Sequence record: OP557970.1
DNA from: Escherichia phage ph0021
DNA: 64,000 bases
Direction: 5' to 3' (one strand)
The notes beneath the pieces are model-generated. The model worked only from the letters and a program-made list of their open reading frames with translations. It made no database searches and was not told the DNA's origin. Numbering within the stretch: position 1 is the stretch's first letter; every line of letters begins with the position of its first letter. Positions 29,225 to 38,771 of the stretch are shown one piece after another. Position numbers and translations under genes: made by a program.

Positions 29225-29742
29225 TAATAACCTCGGTCTTGACGGGCGAAATTTTCGGCATTTTTCAGATAATAAAGTTTAAAGATTTCTTCTGCTGTAA
29301 GACCAAGACCCTGGAACATATTCAGAACGAAATGAAGAATATCAATCATTTCAAATTTAATTTCTAACTGGTCTTGTGGAGACAAATCAGTAATCAGAGT
29401 TTCACGACGTTCACCATGCTGCGACTTCCAAGGTTTCCATACAGCAGATGCGTCTTTTTCACCATTACTCATACCACCAAGAGAAGTCAGAAGTTCACGG
29501 AATTCATCATCAATATAATCTTTCTGATTGCGTAGCCAATCAACAACTTCACCGGCAGTAGCCAAGTCATCAGGATGACGATTATATTCAGGTTTATCTT
29601 TAGCTAAACGAACCTGTAAAGATTTCTGCATGTCAAGCATTACCTGTAGCGGGTCTTTTTCATCACCGAGAATATCCCAATACTCATTTTGAGCTTTATC
29701 AGCGCCTTCGATCAGTTGACTACATTCGTTGAAATGTGGCAT
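29224..29742 (-). CDS. 56: dCTPase/dUTPase gp56 (MazG-like)
   Basis: 172 aa, matches T4 gp56 length and order. Confidence 0.85.
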   Translation of the reverse strand: MPHFNECSQLIEGADKAQNEYWDILGDEKDPLQVMLDMQKSLQVRLAKDKPEYNRHPDDLATAGEVVDWLRNQKDYIDDEFRELLTSLGGMSNGEKDASAVWKPWKSQHGERRETLITDLSPQDQLEIKFEMIDILHFVLNMFQGLGLTAEEIFKLYYLKNAENFARQDRGY

Positions 29743-29743
29743 G

Positions 29744-30394
29744 TTATTTTTCCTTTCTTATGAAGTTTTCTATCATATGTCTATAGCAGATATTAGGATA
29801 ACCTGCCTTGACAGCTATTTTATTAAATTTTGTGCGCTTAGGTCTATTATTATAAACCCATAATTCATAAAGCGCATCATAACTATTCCATATTTCTCCT
29901 CGCCTAGGATTTGGTAAACCATATCGAGGTGAATTTTTACCGCTAAATCTTCCTTTTCGGGCTTTACTCATATTAGCCTTGGCTTCATCGGATATAATTT
30001 TACCTTTATGAGCTAGACGCATTTTGGCTTTAGTTTCTTCTGGGGTCTTTTTGCCTTTAATCCATGACGGCTTGCCATATCTAGGATTATTTTCACCCGA
30101 GAAAAGAACAGAGTTTTGGATTTTAAGGGTTTCTATTAATCTACTTGTTAATTTAACACCTTTATTATATCGCATTAAATTTACAGCATAATGCAATCCT
30201 CTCACATCTGGATATATTTTAGTTAATAATCTATGAGCTATAAAATGCTCACGCGCAGTTAACTCAACAAGATTGTTTTTGTCATCTGCTCCTCCTATAC
30301 ATCTAGGAATTATATGATGACGTTCTTTATATCCGCCAAGATGCCGGCATTTAGCTTTTGTAATTAAAGCCGAGTAAATTTTTTGGTAATTCAC
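29744..30394 (-). CDS. HNH homing endonuclease with NUMOD3-like repeats
   Basis: 216 aa; HHIIPRCIGG...NLVELTAREHFIAH HNH motif; two GxNxPRYG / KxKMxxAxKG repeats; GTG start after SD AAAGGA. Confidence 0.75.
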   Translation of the reverse strand: MNYQKIYSALITKAKCRHLGGYKERHHIIPRCIGGADDKNNLVELTAREHFIAHRLLTKIYPDVRGLHYAVNLMRYNKGVKLTSRLIETLKIQNSVLFSGENNPRYGKPSWIKGKKTPEETKAKMRLAHKGKIISDEAKANMSKARKGRFSGKNSPRYGLPNPRRGEIWNSYDALYELWVYNNRPKRTKFNKIAVKAGYPNICYRHMIENFIRKEK

Positions 30395-30464
30395 ATATAT
30401 CCTTTCAATTCATGGGTTAGTAGATTAATTATACAATAAATATATAAAGCAATAAGGAGGACAT

Positions 30465-30665
30465 ATGGTACAAAAATTAATGGCACTTGTTGATGCCATA
30501 AAAGGTAATAAAAAACGTATAGCTTTTACTATTTCTGCTATGGTAGGAATTTTACTCTGGAACTTTATTTTATCACCCATTGCAATTGCACATGGTATTA
30601 ATATTCCAGTAGTTACTCTTGATACATTCGTAGATTTAGCATTTGCTTTAGTTGGGTTAATTTAA
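30465..30665 (+). CDS. small hydrophobic protein (66 aa), opposite strand to surrounding operon
   Basis: ATG with strong SD AAGGAGG 6 nt upstream; two hydrophobic segments; stop abuts gene 61 stop. Confidence 0.45.
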   Translation: MVQKLMALVDAIKGNKKRIAFTISAMVGILLWNFILSPIAIAHGINIPVVTLDTFVDLAFALVGLI

Positions 30666-31690
30666 ATCTTAGCATATTTAGATAACCGCATTTTAGCCAT
30701 CAACCCCTGTGCAATATTATTTTTCATATATTCCATAATTTGTTCAGGGGTTGCACCTTCCTTTCTAATCATATCATTAACATCTTTTGATTTCCAGGGA
30801 GATTTATCCCAAAACATAACTCTTTCTCCTGCATCAACTAATTTAGTCATTCGCTTGATAGTGTCAGGATGACGAGGTTCATTATCTAAAACCCACACTC
30901 GTCTATCTTTAAATGGAACAACTTCTAGGTCTAATTGACCACCCGTAATAGCTATACCATTTTCAATAAAAAGCGAATCTATAGGTCCTTCTAGAACATA
31001 TACATCACCATCTTTAACTCGTTCGACTCCATATATTTTTGTTGCCTCAGGATAAGCTTTAATGGTGATATATTTTTGAGGAGCATCTTTCTTTAATGCA
31101 CGTCCTTGAAAAGACTCAGCTTTTCCATTAGCATTATAAATTGGAATAACAAGACGAGGCTCAGGTATTTCCTTTTTATATGTTCCCGGTGCTATGCTAT
31201 TAACTAATTTAGGCCATTCGGTTGTAAACCAAAGATATTTCCATTTATCCTTTGGAATACAACGAGCTTTTACATATTTTATAATTGGATGGTCTTCCGC
31301 CAGTTTATCTAATCTAACACATGACGGAAGAGATTTAATTATTTTCTTCTCAGGTTGTTTAGGAAGTTCTTTAGGTTTTTCTACTGGACGACTTTTACCT
31401 TTTTCTTTTCTTATTTCAAAGATATACTCACGATATAAATCAGGTTCAAACTCCTTTAAATATATTCCGATTGGTGCATGATAGTTACAGTTATAACAAT
31501 GAATATTTCCTTCATTATTATCGCCATAATACCATCCACGGGCTTTATTTTGGTCGGTTTTTGAATCTCCACAAACAGGGCATCTAAACCGCAATTTAAA
31601 AGTTGAACTATTATTTACTTGTGTGAATTTAGGTAAATGAGCTAATGCACGGTATGCAAACTCATTATCAATCCAAGGTATTGATGACAT
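30662..31690 (-). CDS. 61: DNA primase gp61
   Basis: 342 aa, zinc-ribbon CPVCG...CYNC and Toprim region; length matches T4 gp61. Confidence 0.9.
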   Translation of the reverse strand: MSSIPWIDNEFAYRALAHLPKFTQVNNSSTFKLRFRCPVCGDSKTDQNKARGWYYGDNNEGNIHCYNCNYHAPIGIYLKEFEPDLYREYIFEIRKEKGKSRPVEKPKELPKQPEKKIIKSLPSCVRLDKLAEDHPIIKYVKARCIPKDKWKYLWFTTEWPKLVNSIAPGTYKKEIPEPRLVIPIYNANGKAESFQGRALKKDAPQKYITIKAYPEATKIYGVERVKDGDVYVLEGPIDSLFIENGIAITGGQLDLEVVPFKDRRVWVLDNEPRHPDTIKRMTKLVDAGERVMFWDKSPWKSKDVNDMIRKEGATPEQIMEYMKNNIAQGLMAKMRLSKYAKI

Positions 31691-31692
31691 TT

Positions 31693-31857
31693 TTACTCTT
31701 CTTTTTCTTTAGATTCCTCTTTTTTCTTTTTAGGAATCTGTTCAGGACCTTTATTTACTACAGCGCCTGACGTTGTTCCAGTAGAGATATTTTCAGGATT
31801 ACCACCTGAATCTCCAGCTACCATATCTTCTTTAATAAATTCTTTATATGTTTTCAT
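31693..31857 (-). CDS. small hypothetical protein (61.1 position)
   Basis: About 54 aa, Lys/Glu-rich C-terminus; read by hand. Confidence 0.4.
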   Translation of the reverse strand: MKTYKEFIKEDMVAGDSGGNPENISTGTTSGAVVNKGPEQIPKKKKEESKEKEE

Positions 31858-31858
31858 A

Positions 31859-32215
31859 TTAACCTCTATTCATAAAAGCATTAAAAATTTGGTCATCAAT
31901 AGATGGTGCAGTAATATTTTCTGCATCATTTAGCAAATCATTAATTTCATCAGATAGCATAACACATGTACCTTTATTTCCTGTAATTGTTACTGCGCAA
32001 TTACGAACGTTTTCTTTATTAAATTTTAGGTTAATATTTTCGTAGTGAAAATCCTTTAATGCTGAATATATTTTTAAAATAAAATTGTCTTTTACTACAA
32101 TAAACCCAACCTCACTATTAAAACGTGGTTCATGGAAACTGTAATAAACCTTTTCATCTATAAAATCGTATGAAATTTTTTCCATTTTTAAATATGAAAA
32201 TTCAGAACTATACAT
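31859..32215 (-). CDS. hypothetical protein (61.2 position)
   Basis: 118 aa ORF. Confidence 0.55.
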   Translation of the reverse strand: MYSSEFSYLKMEKISYDFIDEKVYYSFHEPRFNSEVGFIVVKDNFILKIYSALKDFHYENINLKFNKENVRNCAVTITGNKGTCVMLSDEINDLLNDAENITAPSIDDQIFNAFMNRG

Positions 32216-32227
32216 ATTAACCTCTAA

Positions 32228-32521
32228 TTACTCACCTACCACTTCAGCGATAATATTTTTATTATTAAAGTTTTTATCGCAATACAGAACATAATTATAC
32301 TGCATTACACCACCAGACTTAAGCTGTTTTTGCACTTCGGCTTTCATTTCAGGACGATCACGCTCAACGATATTCATAATATCCGCTTCAATTTGAGTTT
32401 CAACTTCAGTCTGATCCGCAGTCATAGACCATTCACACAAATCTTTATCATATCCTGCCATAGCAGGCTGAGCAGCACAAGAAGCCAAAGCAAAAATTGT
32501 AGCAAAGATAAATTTTTTCAT
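32228..32521 (-). CDS. sp: periplasmic protein Spackle (superinfection exclusion)
   Basis: 97 aa with cleavable signal peptide MKKFIFATIFALASCAAQPAMA; position between 61 and 41. Confidence 0.6.
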   Translation of the reverse strand: MKKFIFATIFALASCAAQPAMAGYDKDLCEWSMTADQTEVETQIEADIMNIVERDRPEMKAEVQKQLKSGGVMQYNYVLYCDKNFNNKNIIAEVVGE

Positions 32522-32581
32522 GATAATCTCCTCAGTAGTTTATGTTTATATAGTATCTCAATTTCCAATAAAAGTAAACAG

Positions 32582-32881
32582 TTATTTTAAAACTTCTGCG
32601 TAATCACATGTTACAAACTGTTTCTCTAGCTTAACGATCTTACGAAAATACCTTTTACACTGACGAATCTGCCTCTTCGTAGGGCGAACAGCAAACTTAA
32701 TAAATTCCACTCGACCAAATGGAGGGTTTTCTTCTGCTGGAATATCTAACACCAATTCCCACGTATCTGCAATAAGTGCTTTGAATTGCGTATTTTTCCT
32801 GACGTTATACGGAGTAGGTTTAAATAAAACAATATGCATATTATCCTCGGCAATCCACTTCACACACTTTCTTGTCATCAA
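32582..32881 (-). CDS. hypothetical protein (61.4 position)
   Basis: 99 aa, basic. Confidence 0.5.
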   Translation of the reverse strand: MMTRKCVKWIAEDNMHIVLFKPTPYNVRKNTQFKALIADTWELVLDIPAEENPPFGRVEFIKFAVRPTKRQIRQCKRYFRKIVKLEKQFVTCDYAEVLK

Positions 32882-33023
32882 TGAAAGCTTTAACTAATGC
32901 TTTATTAACTTCAGCATATTGAGTAGTAGCCCATTGAACGTCATCTTTCATCATTGTGATTTCTTTAGTAAACATGCTTTCATTCTTAAACCACCCCATA
33001 AAAACTACCTTTACCAATTCCAT
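32841..33023 (-). CDS. dmd: Dmd, inhibitor of host RnlA/LsoA RNase toxins
   Basis: 60 aa ORF immediately downstream of gene 41; length and position match T4 dmd. Confidence 0.6.
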   Translation of the reverse strand: MELVKVVFMGWFKNESMFTKEITMMKDDVQWATTQYAEVNKALVKAFIDDKKVCEVDCRG

Positions 33024-33081
33024 AACAATCTCCTCATTTAACCAACAAGACTACTATACCATAGTCTTGTCAGCTTGTAAA

Positions 33082-34509
33082 CTAAAATTTTAATTCATTT
33101 GCCAAAGCATCTAACTGAGCTCGTGTGGATTCATTTCTTTGATAACGATTCTGCTCAGCCTGAATCTGTTGTGAACCTGCTACTTCGTTCACTTCAGTTG
33201 GAGTAGAATCTTGTTCAATTTCTACCCATTTCTGATTTCCCTTTTGAACACCCATCAAAAACTTATTCCATTTGTTCTTATCACCATATCGTGATTTGAT
33301 TTGCTTAATGAGTTGTTGTTCAGCAGCTGCTAGCTCCTCGGTTTCAATGACCGCAAGCATAAAATCGGCTGTTGCTGGAAGACCAGCAGATTCTGCAATA
33401 TCGCTCATGTTAACATCAGAAGAATCCCAAGCTTGTTTACCAACCTGTGCTGCAGTCCAAAGAACAGTTTCGGTTTCAACAGCCAGAGCACGCAATTCCT
33501 CTGCAATAGCTTTAACAGTTGTGTAACTATTTTCTGAATAAACTCTAATGCGGCAAGATTTACAAATACCTAGATAGTCGACAATAATGATTGTTGGAAC
33601 AAAATTCTTCTTGAGCTTTAATTCATTTAAAAGTGATCGAAATGTATTAGCGTCTGCTCCACCAGTAGGATATTGCTTAACGATTAAACGACCGAGAGTA
33701 GATTTCTCACGCCATTTTTCCATTTTTCCTTTATACTCAGTGTAAGAAATATGTCCATCATCAATGTCATCAAGAGAAACATCAAGCATATTAGCATCAA
33801 TACGCTTAGCACAGACTTCTTCTGCCATTTCCATGGAAATATAAAGAACATTATGTCCGAGCTGTAAATAATCTGCCGCTAATGAACACAATCCTAATGA
33901 TTTACCAACGTTAACGCCAGCCATTAAAACGTTCAGTGTTCCAGTTTCAGCTCCGCCTTTCGTAATTTTGTTTAGAATTCTGAGTTTAAATGGAACCTTA
34001 CGAGCTTTATTCATATAAGATAGCCAACGTGCTTCATAGTCATCCATCCAATCATGGCCAACGTAGCTATCAAATGAAATTGATAATGCTTGGCGCATGA
34101 TGTCAGGAATAGCACCTACATCTGGCATTTTCTTATTTCGTTTTTCTGGAGGAAGCTCAGCATTGGTTTGAATTTCGATTATTTTAGACGTAGCATTAAA
34201 CATCGCCCTTTGCTGAACATATTTTTCTGTTTCTTTTATTAACCAACTGTGGTCTTCTGGAGAATCAGCTAGTTTTGAAATAAGTGTTTTTACACCAGAA
34301 TATTCTGTTTCAGTAAATGAACTATTTTCTAATGCAACATTTAACGCATTAATAGATGGAACGCTATGGTACTCATTAACATGAGATTTAATTAATTTGA
34401 ATGTATTTTTAGCTGGACCACTTTCAAAATATTCTGAATCCATATATGGCCAAACTTTTGAAAAATAAGCTTGATCAAATATGAGATGAGAAAGAATAAT
34501 TTCTACCAC
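33082..34509 (-). CDS. 41: replicative DNA helicase gp41 (DnaB-like)
   Basis: 475 aa, Walker A GVNVGKS, matches T4 gp41 length. Confidence 0.9.
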   Translation of the reverse strand: MVEIILSHLIFDQAYFSKVWPYMDSEYFESGPAKNTFKLIKSHVNEYHSVPSINALNVALENSSFTETEYSGVKTLISKLADSPEDHSWLIKETEKYVQQRAMFNATSKIIEIQTNAELPPEKRNKKMPDVGAIPDIMRQALSISFDSYVGHDWMDDYEARWLSYMNKARKVPFKLRILNKITKGGAETGTLNVLMAGVNVGKSLGLCSLAADYLQLGHNVLYISMEMAEEVCAKRIDANMLDVSLDDIDDGHISYTEYKGKMEKWREKSTLGRLIVKQYPTGGADANTFRSLLNELKLKKNFVPTIIIVDYLGICKSCRIRVYSENSYTTVKAIAEELRALAVETETVLWTAAQVGKQAWDSSDVNMSDIAESAGLPATADFMLAVIETEELAAAEQQLIKQIKSRYGDKNKWNKFLMGVQKGNQKWVEIEQDSTPTEVNEVAGSQQIQAEQNRYQRNESTRAQLDALANELKF

Positions 34510-34518
34510 ACTTACTCC

Positions 34519-34881
34519 TTAAAAGAATTTAAATTTTTTCTTTGACCTTTTATTAAATGCATCTTGTAGTTGCATTGTAATACATTTTTCTACATGAGGA
34601 GCTAACTCAGCTTTTCTTTCTTGGTCAAGAACAGCAAAGTCCATTACAACCTTTCCATCAACCCAATCCAGTTTAGTTACATACACTATATGTGTAGAGC
34701 CATCTTCTAGTTTAATGACAATCTCCTGGATAACATTTTCCATAGCAGATTTAATTATCTTAAGAGACTTATTAAAAAGACGTTCTTTTCTTTCTTCTTC
34801 CCCCTCCGAAGAGGGGGATTCATCGATAATTTCTAGATCTAAATCTAAATCATCTTTATTCATTAAATTCTTCCATATCAC
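34519..34881 (-). CDS. 40: head vertex assembly protein gp40
   Basis: 120 aa ORF between uvsX and 41 as in T4. Confidence 0.55.
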   Translation of the reverse strand: MIWKNLMNKDDLDLDLEIIDESPSSEGEEERKERLFNKSLKIIKSAMENVIQEIVIKLEDGSTHIVYVTKLDWVDGKVVMDFAVLDQERKAELAPHVEKCITMQLQDAFNKRSKKKFKFF

Positions 34882-36037
34882 TTAACTGCTCGAGGTCAGT
34901 TTCTAAATCAGCAGCTGATTTACTTTTACTTTCTGGAGATTTAAATTTTTCAACCTTTGAGTTAATCAATTCATCAACTTCAGCTTCAACAATTTCATTA
35001 CTATCAATAGCACCTAACTGATAAGCACGTTTAATAGCATCTCGGAATGGTTGATGCTTAAATAAAGGACCCCAGAATGTAGTGCAGTTGGTATCTTTTG
35101 CACGCCAAGATTTTTCTTCGCGAATCATCTCGCCGGTTTCTTCGTCAAGAAATTCACGAGCATACCAACCATTTTTAGGTTTTACTACAAATCCTAATTC
35201 TAGAGCCATATCTAACAATCCAGAATAAGGATCGATACCACCGTCAAATTTAACATCAATAAAGAATTTACTTTTTTCTTTAACGGTACGAGATTTTTCT
35301 ACATTTAGAACAAATTGATACCCCTGAAGATCAGAACCATCTTTAATCTGACGTTTACCGATAATGAATACGGTATCAGCCGAATACATTACGCCTGTAC
35401 CACCTGTCATCACGGTTTTACTAAACATTTCAATTGTTTCAATTGTATGGTTAACCGCAACACATGGAATATTTTTAATGCTAAAATAAGGAGTAACAAT
35501 ACGGAATAATGACTTCAGTGATTTAGCACGAGTCATATCTGCCACAGATTTTTCATTCAAGGCATCTTCCGTTTCTTTCTTAGAAGCCATATTACCGATT
35601 GAGTCGATGAATACAATAACCTTTTCACCACGCTCAATAGCTTCAAGCTGATTCACCATATCAATTTTCAGCTGTTCAACTGACTGAATTGGCGTATGAA
35701 TTACTCGTTCCGGGTCAACTCCCATGGATCGCAAATAAGCTGGAGTAATACCAAATTCACTATCATAGAATAGACAAACCGCGTCAGGATATTTGTTCAA
35801 ATATGCCGCAACCATAGTCAAAGACATATTTGATTTAAAGTGTTTAGAAGGCCCTGCGAAAATAGTTAAACCAGACTGCATACCGCCATCAATCGCGCCA
35901 GAAATAGCAATATTAAGCATTGGGATTTTTGTACGGATTACATCCTTTTCATTAAAGAATTTAGATGTAGTCAGTTCAGCAGTCATTTTAGAAGTGGAAG
36001 CTTTAATCAAACGGGATTTTAAATCTGCAATAGACAT
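34856..36037 (-). CDS. uvsX: recombinase UvsX (RecA-like)
   Basis: 393 aa, Walker A GPSKHFKS, matches remembered T4 UvsX. Confidence 0.9.
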   Translation of the reverse strand: MSIADLKSRLIKASTSKMTAELTTSKFFNEKDVIRTKIPMLNIAISGAIDGGMQSGLTIFAGPSKHFKSNMSLTMVAAYLNKYPDAVCLFYDSEFGITPAYLRSMGVDPERVIHTPIQSVEQLKIDMVNQLEAIERGEKVIVFIDSIGNMASKKETEDALNEKSVADMTRAKSLKSLFRIVTPYFSIKNIPCVAVNHTIETIEMFSKTVMTGGTGVMYSADTVFIIGKRQIKDGSDLQGYQFVLNVEKSRTVKEKSKFFIDVKFDGGIDPYSGLLDMALELGFVVKPKNGWYAREFLDEETGEMIREEKSWRAKDTNCTTFWGPLFKHQPFRDAIKRAYQLGAIDSNEIVEAEVDELINSKVEKFKSPESKSKSAADLETDLEQLSDMEEFNE

Positions 36038-36090
36038 TCATTTTTTCCATAGGCATCATTATATTTTCCTCACTGGTTAAAGATAGAGTA

Positions 36091-36120
36091 ATTATAACAC
36101 AATAAATTTAGGCATTAATC
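36091..36120 (-). promoter_or_regulatory. candidate middle promoter for uvsX (TGCCTAA box, 11 nt, TATAAT)
   Basis: Minus strand AATGCCTAAATTTATTGTGTTATAAT in the intergenic region. Confidence 0.35.
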
Positions 36121-36963
36121 AACTGCTATCGGATGAATAGCATTAAACTTATGAAATGCTTCTGATTTTTCTTTACGTGAAACACACATGCGAAGAACCT
36201 TTAGTGGTTCATCTTCTTCACCCAACGATTTTCGTTTTTCAATATTAGAAGTTTTCCAACGAGCTTGTTCTGGAAACTCTCTATTGATTTGCTCAAGCGC
36301 TCTATTATGTTTAGAATTACTACGAATTGAACTGCACCCGCCAGGAGCTTGTGCTTTTCCAGATACAACCAGATATTTGAACAAGGCCAAATGCGGATAA
36401 CCTTGATTAATTAAATTGAGAAATGCATACATATCTTCGCATAAATCAATTTTTCCATACCCAATTTGTTCTGTCGTAAGTTTTCCGAGGTCATACCATG
36501 TATTCGTGAATCCATATGAATTTTCACGATAATTACCCCAAGATGAAGTAATTTTAAAAATTGGTAAACGAGCATGGCCATGATAATATCCGCAATCCAT
36601 GGCATCCTCAACATATTGAATCAATTCATAGAACTGTTCACGAGTTAATTGATTGACTTTATCTACACAACGACGATCATCTCTTTTTCGCATTGAACTC
36701 ATACGAATAGTAGTATCATCGTCAATCATCCAAATTCGTTGACCTGCATACATATCAGTAATTGCTTTACGAGTTCCAGAAATTCCATTTACATCATCAG
36801 GAATAGTTATAATTTTAGCTTTAGACCCATAGGCATCATAATAAGCTTTTTCTTCGTGTTCACGTACTACAATATGTGGTTCATAATCAGTCGGAAACAT
36901 ATCAAGGGCAGAAACTGCCCCTACACGTTGATAGCTTGGAATTACGAATTGAATCATTTCCAC
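36115..36963 (-). CDS. DNA glycosyltransferase at T4 beta-gt position, probably beta-alpha-glucosyltransferase type
   Basis: 282 aa (not the 351 aa T4 beta-gt), DxD motif WMIDDDTTI. Confidence 0.55.
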   Translation of the reverse strand: MEMIQFVIPSYQRVGAVSALDMFPTDYEPHIVVREHEEKAYYDAYGSKAKIITIPDDVNGISGTRKAITDMYAGQRIWMIDDDTTIRMSSMRKRDDRRCVDKVNQLTREQFYELIQYVEDAMDCGYYHGHARLPIFKITSSWGNYRENSYGFTNTWYDLGKLTTEQIGYGKIDLCEDMYAFLNLINQGYPHLALFKYLVVSGKAQAPGGCSSIRSNSKHNRALEQINREFPEQARWKTSNIEKRKSLGEEDEPLKVLRMCVSRKEKSEAFHKFNAIHPIAVD

Positions 36964-37694
36964 TCACCTTTATAGTCTTTTTTCACAATATGAGTTTCGC
37001 CAGTATTCCACCAATGATCAACCAAGTAAAAATGACGAGAATATACATGAAGACTTCCAACATTCCATATAATAGAACCTGCTTTATACTGACGAGTTGA
37101 ATCGCCGGCATTCAAATCAGATACTAATTTATCTAATACGTATTTTTGCCATGCATAATCATTACGGAATCCGAAGACCACGTCATTTGAGCGCATGCTT
37201 ACTACTGCATTGACTTTCTTATCACGAATCAGGTACTGTACTGTATTAGTACACATGAAATCTGACATACCATCTTTATTGTAGTCAAATTGCATGGATG
37301 GACGAGTATAAATCATGATACCACGTCGAGAATCAGGATTTTGACCAAGTTCAGCTAAACACATATCATACTGGGCATAGTTATCTTCTGACCAAATAGC
37401 CCAACCATAATTCGAGTTAATTTCGCCTTTAGAAGATGCTACCTGCTGCCAAATCTTTGGTGTTTCGCCTGGAATATCTTTAACAAACAAGCTCTTAGAT
37501 TTATACCATTCAAGTTCACGCTGAATGTATTCATCATTAAGAGCGCCAAAAATAAACGGTTCATCTGCTACAAATGATGCGCCAATAATTTCAATAGTTT
37601 TAACACCGGTTTTATCAACTACGAAATCTTTTTCTTTTAATGCAAGCCCCAAATGAAGACGGATTTCTTCAACTGTCATAGAGTCACTAATCAT
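36954..37694 (-). CDS. 42: dCMP hydroxymethylase gp42
   Basis: 246 aa, thymidylate-synthase-like fold, matches T4 gp42. Confidence 0.9.
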   Translation of the reverse strand: MISDSMTVEEIRLHLGLALKEKDFVVDKTGVKTIEIIGASFVADEPFIFGALNDEYIQRELEWYKSKSLFVKDIPGETPKIWQQVASSKGEINSNYGWAIWSEDNYAQYDMCLAELGQNPDSRRGIMIYTRPSMQFDYNKDGMSDFMCTNTVQYLIRDKKVNAVVSMRSNDVVFGFRNDYAWQKYVLDKLVSDLNAGDSTRQYKAGSIIWNVGSLHVYSRHFYLVDHWWNTGETHIVKKDYKGEWK

Positions 37695-37704
37695 TTAAAC
37701 CTCA

Positions 37705-37851
37705 ATTGATACATTCATATTTAACTTGTAACAGTAATAAGCTCCAACCTAAAATAATAGTTGGAATCATAAGAGGAACCGTTACACTATAGTATATACT
37801 TATTATAATCATCAAGATTAAAAGCAACACTGCTATAATTTTGCTTTTCAT
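37705..37851 (-). CDS. small membrane protein (~48 aa)
   Basis: ATG overlaps imm stop; strongly hydrophobic; read by hand. Confidence 0.4.
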
Positions 37852-38099
37852 TCCTTCTCTCTGATGATAATTACTTGATTTGGTTGTGCAGACTTTTTAG
37901 TTTCACCAGCAATTGACCAAATAAATGTAATAAACCAACCAATAATTGACCAGTTAAACAGTAAAGATGTGAAAAAGATTCCTACTGTCGATTTTGACCC
38001 ACGCATCAAGGCAATAAACCATGGAAGCATGTATATAATAATAGCCAACACACCTGAAACTAAAACCATAAAAATTGAACCTGCTACTAAAGTTTCCAT
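37848..38099 (-). CDS. imm: superinfection immunity protein Imm
   Basis: 83 aa, two TM segments, position downstream of 43 region. Confidence 0.7.
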   Translation of the reverse strand: METLVAGSIFMVLVSGVLAIIIYMLPWFIALMRGSKSTVGIFFTSLLFNWSIIGWFITFIWSIAGETKKSAQPNQVIIIREKE

Positions 38100-38106
38100 G
38101 TTTTCC

Positions 38107-38487
38107 TCACTTAGTCAAATTTTTTACACATGAATTATAAGAATTCACTACATACTCCATCGGAGCATTTTTACCGGTACGCCATTGGTAATTATTAGCC
38201 CAATTTGCCCAAAGCTCGGCGCAGTAGTTTTCAATTTTTTCTTCGCGTGTAATTACATCCGAATTACGATATGCTTGAGCAGATTCATCTGGACGAATAG
38301 CTTCGTCAAAATTTGCCTGCATTTGTTCTACTGTTTGCTTTGGAGCTTCTTTATAACACTTGACATTAGGATTATAAAATTTGCTTGAACAGTTTACAAT
38401 TTTTCCTACATCAGACTGATTTACTACCGGTCCTTGAGCTACACAACCAGTAAGACCTAATGCAATAACCAAAATAGCGATTTTCAT
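38107..38487 (-). CDS. putative lipoprotein
   Basis: 126 aa, signal peptide plus lipobox LTGC. Confidence 0.55.
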   Translation of the reverse strand: MKIAILVIALGLTGCVAQGPVVNQSDVGKIVNCSSKFYNPNVKCYKEAPKQTVEQMQANFDEAIRPDESAQAYRNSDVITREEKIENYCAELWANWANNYQWRTGKNAPMEYVVNSYNSCVKNLTK

Positions 38488-38497
38488 AATAATTTCC

Positions 38498-38746
38498 TCA
38501 AATGCAAGTAGTAATTACTCCAGTAGTGCTTATGCAGATATTACCCATTTGCACACCTAAAGACCCATTTGTATTCACATGAAGATTATCATCAATTTTA
38601 ACTGATATTTTACCATTAGTGTGAATAACGGTGCTAGATTCAATCACAGGTTGGGTATCATTTTCAACACTAACAAATGGAACTGCTGCTAATGCAACTA
38701 AACAAACTGCTAAGCATCCCATAACAATTTTCATTTTATTCTCCAA
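38498..38746 (-). CDS. small secreted protein
   Basis: 82 aa with N-terminal signal peptide. Confidence 0.5.
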   Translation of the reverse strand: MENKMKIVMGCLAVCLVALAAVPFVSVENDTQPVIESSTVIHTNGKISVKIDDNLHVNTNGSLGVQMGNICISTTGVITTCI

Positions 38747-38771
38747 ATCTGTATCAGTAGTTGATAGTTGT

